Shown here in pieces: positions 13,321-26,719 of a DNA stretch of 64,000 bases. Source of the DNA: Lingula anatina (taxonomy: Eukaryota; Animalia; Brachiopoda). Position numbers and translations under genes: made by a program. The notes below the pieces were generated by a model, which saw only the letters and a list, made by a program, of their open reading frames with translations, ran no database searches and was not told the origin of the DNA. The DNA is taken from positions 380,954 through 444,953 of the forward strand of contig CM120644.1 in the NCBI GenBank assembly GCA_051362555.1. Reading direction: 5' to 3'. Position 1 is the stretch's first letter. Every line of letters starts with the position of its first letter.

Positions 13321-13990
13321 ATCCAATTATATTAGCCTTACATTCACCCTCATACAATTACAAGATAAGTGAAAGAATTCTGTGTTTGTGTCAACTTCAC
13401 TTAATGAAGCAGTCTGTTTTCTGCAGTGTTTATCATGCAATATGACCATGTAATAGGATCTTGCCTTTGATAAGAAGAGCCTGTGACCTTCACCTCTCAA
13501 CAATGACCTTCACCTTCCCCAATGGGTTGTTTACATGTTTCATACTAAAACCCTGTATGGTAGTAGTAAGTACAAGTAGCCTGTGGGTTCAAATCAGTGT
13601 ACCACGGAAATTTGTTAGATGTTTGCCACAGCTCCAGTGTACATTACATCATACAGCAAGCGGGAAAGTAGAAATGATTTCAGAGATTTTGTTGGCAGTA
13701 CACCATACACAGTGCTGGCTAATGTAGATTGAATATCACAGAATACTGAAGTAACTGACACACACTTCAGTTTTATGAACTTTTGGTCTTCAAAATTTAA
13801 TTCAATTAAAAAGTTGACTGCACCGATTTATACTTTAAATCTGAGTATTGAGTATTTGAGAGAATACAGGTAGTCCATTTGGCCAATTTCTATCATCCAC
13901 ATAAACCAACATTTTCCATCAAACTATAGATACAATAACAGACCACTAGTATTGGCTTCATTTTCATTATGGACATTAGAACATATCCTT

Positions 13991-14049
<59 letters not shown>

Positions 14050-15673
14050 TTGATACCTAAATTCTACACAATCCATACCCGGCTCCTATTAAACTATTGT
14101 AATACCATTTGTAATATCAAGCTGGAAGAGAAGTTCTCCCAGTATAGTGGGCTGTAGACAATATCTGCCAGCAGGAATTGACATCTGCTACAAACATGTG
14201 CAGAAATCAACAGCAGATGACTTGCCTCTGGAACACTTTGTTTTCACTTCCAGAGTGTTTTGATGTTTGGATATGGCTGGATGGCGTAGGTCTGAGGTCA
14301 TGTGTTAACTGGTATATAGCTTACGATAAAGACTGGTATTTGATGTTACCATATTTCCCCAAAAATATTTTGCCCCATAAAAACTCCATAAAGCAAGTCC
14401 ATTGTTAGTTTCATCAATTTAGGTACCTACCCATCAGTCATCTTGAAGTCAGTAAATTGCTAGAATTGTAATATATGGCTCTCACACTGCAGCAGCCTTT
14501 AAGTGTTCTTATTTTCATCTAAATATACACCTATATCTGTATTGGTGATACTGTCTATTTCTGCCATCAACTCCTGAATTATAAGTATACCCAGACAGTA
14601 CAGACACCATACCCACTGTGCTGAAGATAGTACAGAGTACACACCCACTGTGCTAAAGATCCCAGTAGAGAATCTGCTCCTCAGATAATAAAAATACCAG
14701 ACAACTTTTAAATCTGAGTCATATTTCTGACACAAACCTCCACAAAGCCACTGCCCTCATACATGTACATCACCCTGGTCAGACTTCATATTTATATCAG
14801 ATAGGAAACCCACGGTAGCATCAGACACAGAAATAAATATAATTTCCTCACTTGATTACACAGTTTTAATAGTTTCTGTTACAAACTTGGTGTCAGTCTT
14901 TACTGACAAATTTTAGTCCCCCCCCCCCCCCCCACTCCCAGATCACTGCAAGACAATGACTAGGTGGGTTTCCAGTGGTTAGATATCCTTGTAACATTTC
15001 TGATATGTGTCCAAAGTTAAGCAATGCCAAGTACAGTAGAAAAACACCTTAGTATGACACATTGCGGTGATTTATTTTTAGTTATCCACAGACAAGTACC
15101 TGTCACTTAATTACACTGTTATACAGAGCATTTAACAGAAACTGCCTCACTGTAAATCACCTTCCTCAGTCAATGAGGATAAAGAGGTCAGAATTTATTG
15201 GCTCTCCTCAATATTTCTGGGAACAAAAAAAAACAGTTTTCCTCCTTATCAAACAGACATGACGTCATCATTACCGTATTGCTGTACATATACATATCAC
15301 AACCAACGTAATAGAACAGAAAGCATTCACCAGTAGTTTGACTGCCACCATTTTGCCCTTACGATTTTTCTTGCTGACATACCATGATATTTTAAAATCC
15401 GACTTTTACACCCTTTAATGACACCAAAGATGACATTAAAGGGTGTAAAAATCGGATTGAAACAAACACCAAATTTAGCCTTTAATTCCTCACAAATGTA
15501 CTGAAAACAATCCACTATTGAACAAATGCTGTGACTTTCTCAATTCTGATGAATTTCCAGGAATTACAAGACTTCCCAGTGTTCCATTTTCCATGTATGT
15601 ACTTTAATAGTCAATCTGTACCATCTCACTCCCTATGTCTTGTGTACTACACACACACACACACACACACATA

Positions 15674-15712
<39 letters not shown>

Positions 15713-17078
15713 TTACTCTGTGTATTATATGTAAGCTGTAGGAAGCTCCAAACCAACTGTCTTAGGGAGTGGTGCCCTCAGCATAGACAGTAAGGACACA
15801 TTTAGATTTCCACAGCCTGTAAGCTAGGTCGGTCCAACCATGTAGGGGATTCTGGCTACGGTAAAATAAGTGAAATCAGCTTAACAGCACACGATAGTTA
15901 ATAACCCCCTAGCTGCTCCAGGAGGTGTGTCAGACAATATAGCTGATTCCACTGATTGCAGAGTTGGATCCACCCAGCTTGTAAAATATGTGAATGTAAA
16001 TATGGTCATAGACTGTACATATTTACATTTATATTACATATCTACAAACAGATATCTTAGACTACAATACCTCCGTATAGCTTACCACTTACCTAAACAA
16101 TAGACATTTTTAAAACACAAGGAATTAATCCAACACAAGTGCAATGATCTCCAGTCTTAGTATTTCTCAGCTAGCTGTCTATCCAGCCAAAGTAGACATA
16201 TATATCATATATTAGACTACTACATATTTCCAGCCACAGTAGACATGTACATGATACAGTAGAGTGCTATATACTCCTAGCCACAATAGACATATATATA
16301 TATTACATAGCAGACCAATCCTCTCCAGTCTTGGTATTTCCCAGCTAGCAGTCTATCTAGCCACAGAAGACATATGCTTTATATAATAAACTACTTTATC
16401 CTTCCAGCCACAGTAGACATATATATCATATAGTAGACTACAGCATACCTCCCAGTAATGTCTGTATTGAAGTGAAGTATTCCAAACCTCCAGCCTGTAC
16501 TCCAGCAGTCAGTGTGAGTGTGTGTGTGATAGAGCTGTGTGTGATAACATACTATTTCCTATATGATTCCTAAGCCAGTGAATCACCATATAAGTCAGCT
16601 ACAGTCATCTCAGCTCTTCTCTCTGGCACAGTCAGTGCTGCAGTACTAATATAAAGACTGTGGACTCTGTAGACTGTGTTATCTGACCAGTCTGTATAGT
16701 CTTGTAACTGACTACAGCTGACTGCAGACATATGAAGGCTACTTTACACTACAGCAAAGACCCTACTACAACTATATTAAAACCTCTCTCTCTCTCACAC
16801 ACACACACTCTAATTAGAATGTCTAAAATATCAAACAAAGATATAAAATTCTAATTTGCAACTCGTGACACTATAGAGCACAAATAAATTAATCTTTTTC
16901 ATCGCCCTCATTTCCTGTAGTAGTGTTATAGATATCAAAACACAACATTCTATAGCATATTAGAATAGCATTAAATTATGTCACCACACATTTCTTTATC
17001 TCTCACGAAATGCTCTACATAATCAAGAGCTATTGAGCCATTGCATTCAGACTTCTCCAAAACCTTCCTATAGCTTAC

Positions 17079-17117
17079 CATGTTTGTGCCCCAAGTACAC
17101 CATATTTCACAATGACA
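17079..17117 (-). CDS. Candidate 39-nt cassette exon (S)VIVKYGVLGAQT(C)
   Basis: ttttAG acceptor and strong ATG|GTAAGC donor. Phase 2->2 and stop-free. CTAAC branch-like motif ~38 nt upstream. Confidence 0.35.
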
Positions 17118-17140
17118 CTAAAAGCCTTTCAGAATAGTCT

Positions 17141-17245
17141 GTGTCACCGGTGGTGTTAGACAGAATGAGGACGCCGTGTCACCGGTGGTGTTAGACAGAA
17201 TGAGGACGCCGTGTCACCGGTGGTGTTAGACAGAATGAGGACACC
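17141..17245. repeat. 35-bp tandem repeat x3
   Basis: GTGTCACCGGTGGTGTTAGACAGAATGAGGACGCC. Confidence 0.92.
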
Positions 17246-20200
17246 AGTCTCCTAGTGTCAACACCACACACCACTCTACTTCACTGGCATGATAACATTT
17301 CAGCTCTGTAACCTGCTATCAACTGATCAAACAGATAAACTTTCTAAATACTCTTCTTAATAGGAATAACACATTGGATTAGGTCACCACACGACTGGGA
17401 TAACACTGTCATCTTGTCTGGGAAAACAATAATAGTACAATATCACCAATGATATACAATGACAGCAATACCATCAGCATGAAACTCAATGAAAACAATA
17501 ACAGTATGTCTACTATAGCAATAAAATAATATCTACTGCTATCTAGCAATAACAATAACAGTAACAGACTACCATATCAACGGGATCAATGTGACCTTTG
17601 ACGTAATAATCTCTATGATGACGGTAACAGTCAGAAAACAACAATTACAGTTACTCACACAGTGCTAATAAACAAAAACAGCAACAACAACAGTTACTAT
17701 AACCCATACAGAGTTTATTGGTGTCTGTCATAAGCAATAGCAGCAATAACAACATGTTAGCAACAACAACAGTGGTAGAGAATGGTAGCTGTTACAGGAA
17801 TAGTACATTTCTATATAAAGGTTTGCCAGGAGACTTTTCAGTTCACAATGTACAGAGGTTGCTGAGTAAATAACCCGGCACTGGCCTTGCTGTCCCGCGG
17901 TGATAGCATGGTATTTACTGATATCAACCACTAGGTAAACCACAATTACAACCTCCTACAATTAATACACATATAAACAACAAAAACTCTGCTATACAGA
18001 CACAAACTGTGCTGTTACTTGTAATAGAAGGTGCCTGTGTAAGCACATAAACAACACGCTTCATTTCAAAACTGCTTGCATGTTATGTCAATTTTGATAA
18101 CAAAGTTGGGATTTAGTTGTGTGTAAAGGATAATCTTATTCTCTAGACTTTCAAGTCTCCTTTCAATACACTACCTGAGGTAAGTAATACTTAGTAATGC
18201 ATTTTATCACTACCTTCTAGAGGCTGGAGTTCATTTTATCTTTTCATTTCTCTTTCATATCACAGTATAAAGTCAGATAACCTTTGAACATTGCAAAATA
18301 AATATCAAATCTGTATTATCTTAAGTAATCTGTGTGCTTGCTATGTTGGCAGAGAAGGAGATAAGTTGGCTTAGAGCCAGGTAACTCACCTGTGCCCCCC
18401 CCCTCCCTACGAACCCATCCCCTCAATACATCAGGCAGCAGCTGTCAGTAATGCCAAACACTGCTGTAAACATGTTTTTCCCCAAAACTAAGTGACTGAC
18501 TCAGTCTTCCTGGATGGAAAACGGAAGCCTCTCTCTCTATGTAGCTGGTCTTACCTGGAGTAATACCTTGGTTGCCCAGAGCTGCCTTCATTGTGCTCAT
18601 TGTGGTAGAGAAGATTACTAAGATGTGACTCTGCTGAGATGGCTCAACTAACACAATGCCAGATTCAATATATACCTCTACAGCCAACCTACTTCTTTTT
18701 TTTCCTCTTTTTCAACTACATTGCCTATTATTTCCCTTTATCTAAAAAAATACCATTATTTGCTTGAGTAAAAAAAATCAAAATGCGTAAACTATTTTGT
18801 TTCCTAGCATGACCTAGCAGGTAATTATTCCAAACTGCCATAATTTTCACATTACCATATCCAAGACCTAGGCAAGAAGATTAACCATTTTTTTTAAATT
18901 GTGTAGAAATGTTAAGTGCGGCAGTGCCCCTGGTGTAACAGTAATTGCAGATACTCTGGCAGTATTACCTACCACTGGTTGCCATGACAACAAGGTTTTC
19001 AATTTTTCACAGAAATGTTAAGAGCCGCGGGGTCACTGGTAGAACATCCTCAGCTATGCTGTGAACTCTAAATGACTCTGACATGGAATGATATGACCAC
19101 ACAGAATAACACTGGGGCTGGGCTCTGACTGATAGCTGACTAACATTTTAACTGACTAACATTTTAAACTTATAGACTTCAATTAACTATATTTCTGCAT
19201 TGCTAAATAACTAAACCACATTGTTATAAGATATATTGTTTTAACTTTTCACCTGTAACAAGATAGAGAATTCAAAGGCAGCATTCAGCAGGGGTTGGGC
19301 ATTGACTCAATTTTTTCAAAAAAAAAAAAAAAAATTGGGAAAAATTGTGAATTTTACACGTGTGGCATTTTTAAAGTTATTTCGTAAAATACAAAAACAA
19401 CAAGAACCAGAAACAGGCCATCCTATAGTTCTCTTCTATGTAGTAAAAACATCACAAATGCCATACAGAAACATAGTTTTAATGATACCATAATTATGTA
19501 TCTGAAAGATTGATGATTTTGGCTGATTAAAAGGATTGAGTCATTTCTGTAACTTATGATGTAGCTGGTCTGACTGTACTTTTAGATGAAGACTTTGGAT
19601 GACAATATGCCATCAAAGACATGAACATGTCTGCAAACCTCACTAACCTAACATATGGGAAGTTTTCAAGTATTCTGCAGCAACAAAATACATGGATTAA
19701 GAACCACATTTTGCCTTTTCCTCCAGCAGTTACATTTCATTTCCATTTTGACTATTGCATATAAATCTTCCTATTGTTCTTAATGTCCCATAACTCCTGC
19801 TGTAATGGTAGCAGACATCCTTGCCAGCAGTGGTTTATCTTGTATTTGGAGAGCTGATGATCTTATAAATCAACAGTAAAACAATATGCAGACATTTGTA
19901 TCCAGAATTTTCATTTGGAAACTAAAATAATGACTCTGATGTTGTCTTTCCTTAACCCAGCATTCTGGGGGAAAATATAGCTTACTATGAATATCACAAG
20001 CTGTCTTTTTGTTCCAAGTATTATTACTGCTGACAATGGAGGTATTATTTTTTATCGTTAGTAGGCGACTAGAAAGTAGAGTATGATCTCATGATCACTA
20101 GAAATTTTACCATAAAGTTTGTGATAACTGTCTAGTACATTCTAAATATGATCCCCGAGTTGCACCATGCTTTGGAACTGGACAATTTCCTCCACTGTGT

Positions 20201-20818
20201 CCTAGCAAATAGGATAACACTGGCCATTAATCAATGGCATTAACGATGGAATATCAATTTATGACCCTATACCATTACTAGGGAGCTCCAATACTGATAC
20301 TATGTAGCTGCACTGATATCTATTACCATACCAGACTGTAATTACTGACATTAACAGTAGATACTCATGGCAATGGAATACTGTTTAAAATTGTTTTATA
20401 ATTTCCAACAACGAGTTTCACATTTTCCTGGAAATCTGTTTGTATTTTGTTTGCTCATCAAACAGATTTTCCTCATCTTCCACCAAACCATTTCAATCCA
20501 CAGCAATCCACACAAAACCTATCACTCACAATTTTCTTATCTACCATCAGCACATCCCATTCCACAGCAATGCTTACAAAACCAATCACACTGTTTAGCC
20601 TGGATTTCATGTTAAACTTGTCTACTTACAAAGGAGCAAACAATCTATTAACCTCAGCCAGTGGTTTAACACTTTCATTTTGGCAAAAAAGAGAAAAAAA
20701 ATTATTAAGAAACTCAAAAAGGTAAGCTACTAGTAAACAATTTGACTTTTCACAAAGTTTTGAAGTCAAAAACTCTCCATGCAAAAGTGATCCAGGTATA
20801 AAATAAACTGCAGCCTAC

Positions 20819-21005
20819 CTTGCTTGTATTAATGCTATAACTTGAGAGTAAGTTTTCCCAGTGACAGACTCCCCATTGACGGAAACAATACGGTCGCCTT
20901 GGTTGAGTCCCGCCAACTGTGCTGGTCCACCCGCTTTCACGTGTTTCACAAATATTGTGTCCATGGGTTCTAGGGAGCTCAGCTTGGTCCGCTTGCGTTT
21001 GTGAT
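20819..21005 (-). CDS. ARHGAP21: ARHGAP21/23-like exon, PDZ core
   Basis: atcgttccAG acceptor and AG|GTAGGC donor. 187 nt, phase 1->2. Encodes [51 protein letters not shown], a signature ARHGAP21/23 PDZ sequence. Confidence 0.96.
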
Positions 21006-21469
21006 CTGGAACGATAATCATAATTAATTGTATATTTTTATGATTAAGACTGAAGTCCAGATTTAAAATAAAACAATAGGATCCTTTTTGTTTTTTTTTT
21101 TCAATCAGCAACAATAATTCATAAAAAAAACTTTTTCAAAGGCAGACACTTCACGTGAAAAACAGAAAAATGAAATCAATGAAAAGATAGGTGGATGAGT
21201 TCAATTCATAAGTTTTCAACAAAATATCTGAAATCAATACTTAATTAATTTGAAATTATGAAACAGTACCATGAATGCCTCATTTCATTCCACCAACACC
21301 TGTTCACACAAACAAACACACATTCACACACACACACACACACACACGCACACACATAGGCCAGTAAGCAAGCAGGCAGCCAAACACACATGTACATACA
21401 CGTGCACGTGCACACACACAAACACACACACAGAGGCAAGCAAGCAGGCAGGCAAACACATGTATTCGT

Positions 21470-21507
<38 letters not shown>

Positions 21508-22811
21508 TGTTATTCTGTTTATTTCCCAATATATCCTATGTTTTCAGTCTTACCCCTGTCATCCATGTTGTACTACACCAGCAGCTGTCTACAGTCAGAT
21601 ATCAACTCCTATCTCTGATAGTGACAAGATTTGATCTGCACCAAAACTAACTCTTTCCTCTACCGTCCTGCAGACTGCCAGGAAAACTTAGCAATGCCTC
21701 CAATATTTTGGCCAACTCTGGGCTTGTTTTCCAGAAAACCAGCTCCAGATCTATTTCAAATTGGAGTTTTACTCTTTCACTGCCACTTCTATCCTGGTCA
21801 TAAACACACTTAGAAAACACTCAAATCAGCTGATGAGCCAAGCCATTACCCAGAGAAGATGCTTCTATTATCTCTTTCCTGCTGTCTGGCGGGCCCCATT
21901 ACTACTCTTCATGGTCCTGAATAAGGATAATAGTCTGCCCAAAATCTATTACCCAGAGAAAGTGCCAAAAATCCCATCCCTACTCTTCTCAAGTCTTTGG
22001 GCCCTATAATAAGCCTAAGGGCCCTAAACCAGGATATTTAGCTATCCTAAAACCTATTATATAGATTGAACCAGACTTATCCACTTACAAAAAAATATGC
22101 TTTAAAGGGGCCCTTTTTTAAGCTGTAGGGCCCTTTATCAGCAAATAACAGAGTTTTCTGGGCAAGCTTCTCTGTAGGCAAGAAAACATCATAACACATT
22201 CCCAGGGCGCTAACCATTTATGGGTGGCCCTGTTGTGTTTATCTATCCCTTATTAAACAATATCTGGACAATACAGGATCACCAGCCACAAGATGTATTT
22301 TTGATAGAACTAATATTACACCATCCATATCCCTGGACTGCCATTACACTCAGCATGTGCCCCAAACATGGACTATCAATGAGACATCACAGAATTTCTT
22401 GGGGACAAGAGAGACCTTTCCTTGGAGCAGTACATCACCAGGTAATTGACTGGGTACATGATGTTAACTGGCACTGGGGGCTAAGTATAGGAGCTACAGA
22501 CAACACAGAGGTTTATGACTCTGGTTATATCACACTGATGTGGGTGTGTGGGTGGATGGGGGACATGTGGGCGGAGAAAGGTGGGAAAATGGAAGGAAAG
22601 GTGCAGCCGGGGAATCTGGGGGAGGGAGGGGGCTGTAGCCTGCAGGCAGGTCTCTCTCTCTCTCTCTCTCTCTACCTGGATCTATCACAAGTGACAGGGG
22701 TGGGTTGCAGATAGAGGTAGAGAGGAGGAGGAAGGAGGCAGCTACAATTAGTTGATGTGGGTGGGCAGGTGGGTGATATCTGGAAGAGGGGTTGGTAGCT
22801 AGGAGAAGAGA

Positions 22812-22962
22812 GTGGGTAGAAAATTACATAGGAGGTTGGTAGAAGATAGGGTTGGATAGGGATAGGTGGGTAGAAAATTACATAGGAGGTTGGTAGAAGA
22901 TAGGGTTGGATAGGGATAGGTGGGTAGAAAATTACATAGGAGGTTGGTAGAAGATAGGGTTG
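22812..22962. repeat. 54-bp purine-rich tandem repeat x~2.8
   Basis: GTGGGTAGAAAATTACATAGGAGGTTGGTAGAAGATAGGGTTGGATAGGGATAG. Confidence 0.9.
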
Positions 22963-23975
22963 GGTAAAAGCAGGTGTGGGTGTGATAAAGACATGGGTAA
23001 GCAAAAGGCTAAAGCCAGTGAGCTATAGAAACTGAGCCTACAAACTTATACAAAATCACCTCTTCAGGAGTCCTGATTGACTACGAAAAAGTAACCAAAT
23101 AATCAAATGAAAAAGTAAAAACTTGCTATTCCAAAGTGATAATATAAGACAACATAATATAAGACAACATAAGGACGATGTGTCAGAGAGGAGTTTACCA
23201 GCCATGAGCCAGGGTTTTAGAAAAAAACTCTGAACATTTATTGTGGAACCAAATACCTTACGTACATTTTTAAGGGTTTAATTGCTCTGGGGTCATGTAA
23301 AAAAGCAGAATTCCCCCGATTCCACGAAAAAAAAACTCCTGTCTGGTCTACCAGCCAGAGCTGTGTTCAACAGGAACTGCTCCACTGCCACACTGATGAA
23401 TACCAGGTGTTAAATTAAGGGAAGAATTATCTAGGTAAACAACCTTTCAGAGTCCTCCACTTTCTGTGAACCTAGCTGTAAAAATCTCAATATCAGAATA
23501 AACATGCTTTTAAGATGACTCAGCTCTAAAAATACCCTTGTGAGCTCAAAATATCTTTTTAAAAAGTTTTATGAAGTCTAGGGACAAAGTAATGTGACCT
23601 TCATCAAGGTCAAGCAGAACGAAAGTAAAAAAATTTAAAACCAATTTTTTTTTTTAAATGGAAGTCAAAGCAGTGCTTCATCATATCCTAAAAACATTGT
23701 AGAATCTGAAGATTTTCCATGAGGAAATGTATAAAATCTTGACGGAGATGAACAAGCTCTGGTATATTTGCAATCAGTGTTTGACCTCCAGTCAACAGTG
23801 GATGTACCTGCCAGGTGTAATGTTCCTTCCAGAGAGACAACTACTGAAGTCTACAGCAGAACTCACATCATAACTGTACTGAAAACACCTCATGCTGGAC
23901 CCACAAACAAGTCAACTGTTGCCACAAACATATACAAGTCAAGTAAATATATGCAAACGTACACAGACAGATACA

Positions 23976-24006
<31 letters not shown>

Positions 24007-24149
24007 GCGTGCGTGCATGCATATACACATACATACTCATCCACAAACCCTGTATAAAAAAATCCACATACAAACAGACACAATCATTCTGACAAGCACT
24101 TACATAATACTACACCAATGCCCAGGTACGATATGGACACAGTAATGAC

Positions 24150-24324
24150 CCCTTTACACTGGACGGCGTCCTTTTTGCGTCCAGCAGTACAGCCCCATTT
24201 CAGAGTTAAAAAATTATAATACTTTTCATGCCGACAACTGGCTGATCAATGAGCTTTCATTCTGATACCAAATCAATGCTCGTGCCTTCATGGTCGCAGA
24301 AAAGACGCCATCCAGTGTAAAGGG
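24150..24324. mobile_element. Short MITE with piggyBac-like CCCT termini
   Basis: CCCTTTACACTGGA(C/T)GGCGTC inverted at both ends. The TTAA target is not intact, so the superfamily call is tentative. Confidence 0.6.
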
Positions 24325-24345
24325 TGTATAAGCAGCCTGCCTTAC

Positions 24346-24379
24346 CTTCAACAGCCGTGTCTCCCCCATTTTCACTGCC
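24346..24379 (-). CDS. ARHGAP21: 34-nt microexon GSENGGDTAVE(D) in the PDZ insertion loop
   Basis: gctgtcatttcAG acceptor and AAG|GTAAGG donor. Its 3n+1 length supplies exactly the phase 0->1 shift needed between exons 33031 and 21005. ENG matches vertebrate DEENGNRG (recalled). Confidence 0.88.
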
Positions 24380-26719
24380 CTGAAATGACAGCAAATACAC
24401 ATATTGTTTTATTTTACATAAAACTGAAGATTGTCTTCACCCGGCAGTTATATCTCTAAACATGTTTTTCATCCTTAAAAAATTGTACAGCATCATGCTA
24501 TACTGGTGTCTTAAACATGTAAAATATATACCTTTCGATTAACATATCCGTAATTATCGTGCAAATTTTACATAAATTCATAAAATATGTATAAAAAATA
24601 TTAAAAAAAAAAAAAAAACAATATATGAAAATCATAAGATTGCACATTTGCATCAATTTCAACAGAGATACAGACTTGAACTTCACACATTATATCTTTT
24701 TATTTCATCACTAGTCAAATTTGAACCAGGTTGTATTTAACATCAATATTGGCCGTCGTCACGTTAAGACCTCTTGTCCAGAAATCACTCCCAAACTAAT
24801 GAGGGAAACAGCATAGTAAAGAGAAGTGTTCAAATGCCAAGGCTAAGCCAGGAAACCATAAACAACAGGATGATATCTAACTAACTCACACACTGCCTCT
24901 GGGAATTCATTCTAAGTAAACTGTGCTTAACACAATGTGCTCTTTGGTGTGGAAATGCAATGCTTTTTCTATCTTGGAGTGTTCACAGCTGATTGTGTTT
25001 TGCACAGTACACCTAACACATTCTGCTCAACCATGATTGTGCTACAGCCAACACACCTAACACAATGATCTTGATCAACTGGTTCATTGCAACTGCACAC
25101 AACATCTAGTACAGCGAGTCTTCTAGTAAGGAGAATGGAGCTCTCTTTTAATATTTATTCACTGGCGGAAAGAAATTGGCAACAAGTTGGGAAAAACACA
25201 AGATATCAGCACCATCAGTCCTGTACTCTGCCATATCACTCGTTGACAACACTAGCATGCTGCATGCACTAGCATGCTAACCTTTTTTTTTTGGGGGGGG
25301 GGGTGGAGGGGGGGAGGCAAATAAAACTGTGTCTGATAAAGGGTAAATAGTAAAAGGTAAACATTGCATACTGTAAAACATTGGTTAATTCTGCCCACAC
25401 AATATGCCACATGTGAAATCTATAGCAACAATGTCCATGGAACTTATTCTTTCCTGAAATCTGAGCTTGAATCTAGAACATACAGATGTTGTCCTTACAG
25501 TCCTTATAATTCTGGGAAGAGTTATTCATTCTTATTTCTTCAAAAGAATTCAATGAAATGATTAATATCCAATTTTCCAAGAAACAAGAGAATACTAAAG
25601 AACCACAGTGCTCAATTGATCATCAACACCATAATAAACAGATAATATGAGATATAGTCCGGTGGCTTAAGGAAAAAATCATGACACGGTGGATAAAAGC
25701 ACCAAATTTTGCATGTGGGTACCTTTTGACATTCTAAATCAAATTAGAGCCGTAGCCCACGGAAAAAAATTACCGTTTGGCCAAATAATCCAAAATGGCC
25801 GTCAATTTATTGAATTCTTTAGAAATATGTATATGCCTATGTTGATTTTTATCAAATAAATTATTTTCTCAAAGTTTTCCACACCCTTATTACCCATTTT
25901 ATTCATATATGTCAAATAGCAAACAAGTTCCCTTGCACTTTTTGAAAAAAATCCAAGATGGCTGTCATTTGCCATAGAAACAACCATAGGAATACTAGTG
26001 CACAACTATTACCAGCTAGAACGATACGTTGTCCACTGTCAAATTAAGTCTGCTTCTCAGATCTTTGTTACCCACATAATATGTTTGTGGTGAGTAACTA
26101 CGAAGTGTTCTTGGGCATTTTGGAAAATCCAAGATGGCTGCCATGTGCCACAGGAATTCTAGTATACGGTGATTCAACTAATGGCAACTGGAAAGATTAA
26201 TTTTTCACTATCAAATTAAGCTGGTTTCTGGGTGTTTTCCCACATCCTTTCTACCCACACAATATGTATGTGGTGAGTAACTAACAGTATTCTTGGGCAT
26301 TTTGAGAAAATCCAAGATGGCCGTCATATGTAATAGGAATACTTATAGTATTACAAAGGGTTGGAACTAAAGCCAGCTAATTCACTATCAAATAAAGTTT
26401 ACTTTTTAGTGCTTTACACATTATTATTACACTGTGATACATATCTAGCAGGTAATAAATGTGCATATTTGATCATTTTGAAAAAACCCAAGATGGCCGT
26501 CACTGGCCATAGGAATACTACTGGAACTAGAGGATCAGAGAGGCGATACCGCCTCCGAATATTGTACCACCAGCTGGAGCAAGCGCATTCGTATAGACCC
26601 CCACATACACAAAATAAGGGGTGCAGCCACCAGTCTTGTGCTTGACAAGCTGTAAAAATGCAATCAACAAGAATTTTCAAAATATGCAAAAAATATATAT
26701 AACTAAAAATGGTGCAATC

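Noticed and set aside
18385-18602. Strong minus-strand donors at ~18389 (CAG|GTGAGT) and ~18554 (CAG|GTAAGA) with ORF MSTMKAALGNQGITP
   Set aside because: The ORF ends in phase 1, which fits neither downstream exon. A non-coding alternative first exon cannot be excluded but is unsupported.
22220-22714. Longest listed ORF (164 aa, plus strand)
   Set aside because: It has no recognisable domain, runs into G-rich and (CT)n low complexity, and is antisense within an intron.
23060-23080. 21-nt microexon-like segment (tttttcgtAG|TCAATCAGGACTCCTGAAGAG|GTGATT)
   Set aside because: This intron is phase 1, where the segment reads V-N-Q-D-S-stop. It cannot supply the needed phase shift, which 24379-24346 does. 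At most it is a poison exon, and that is unsupported.
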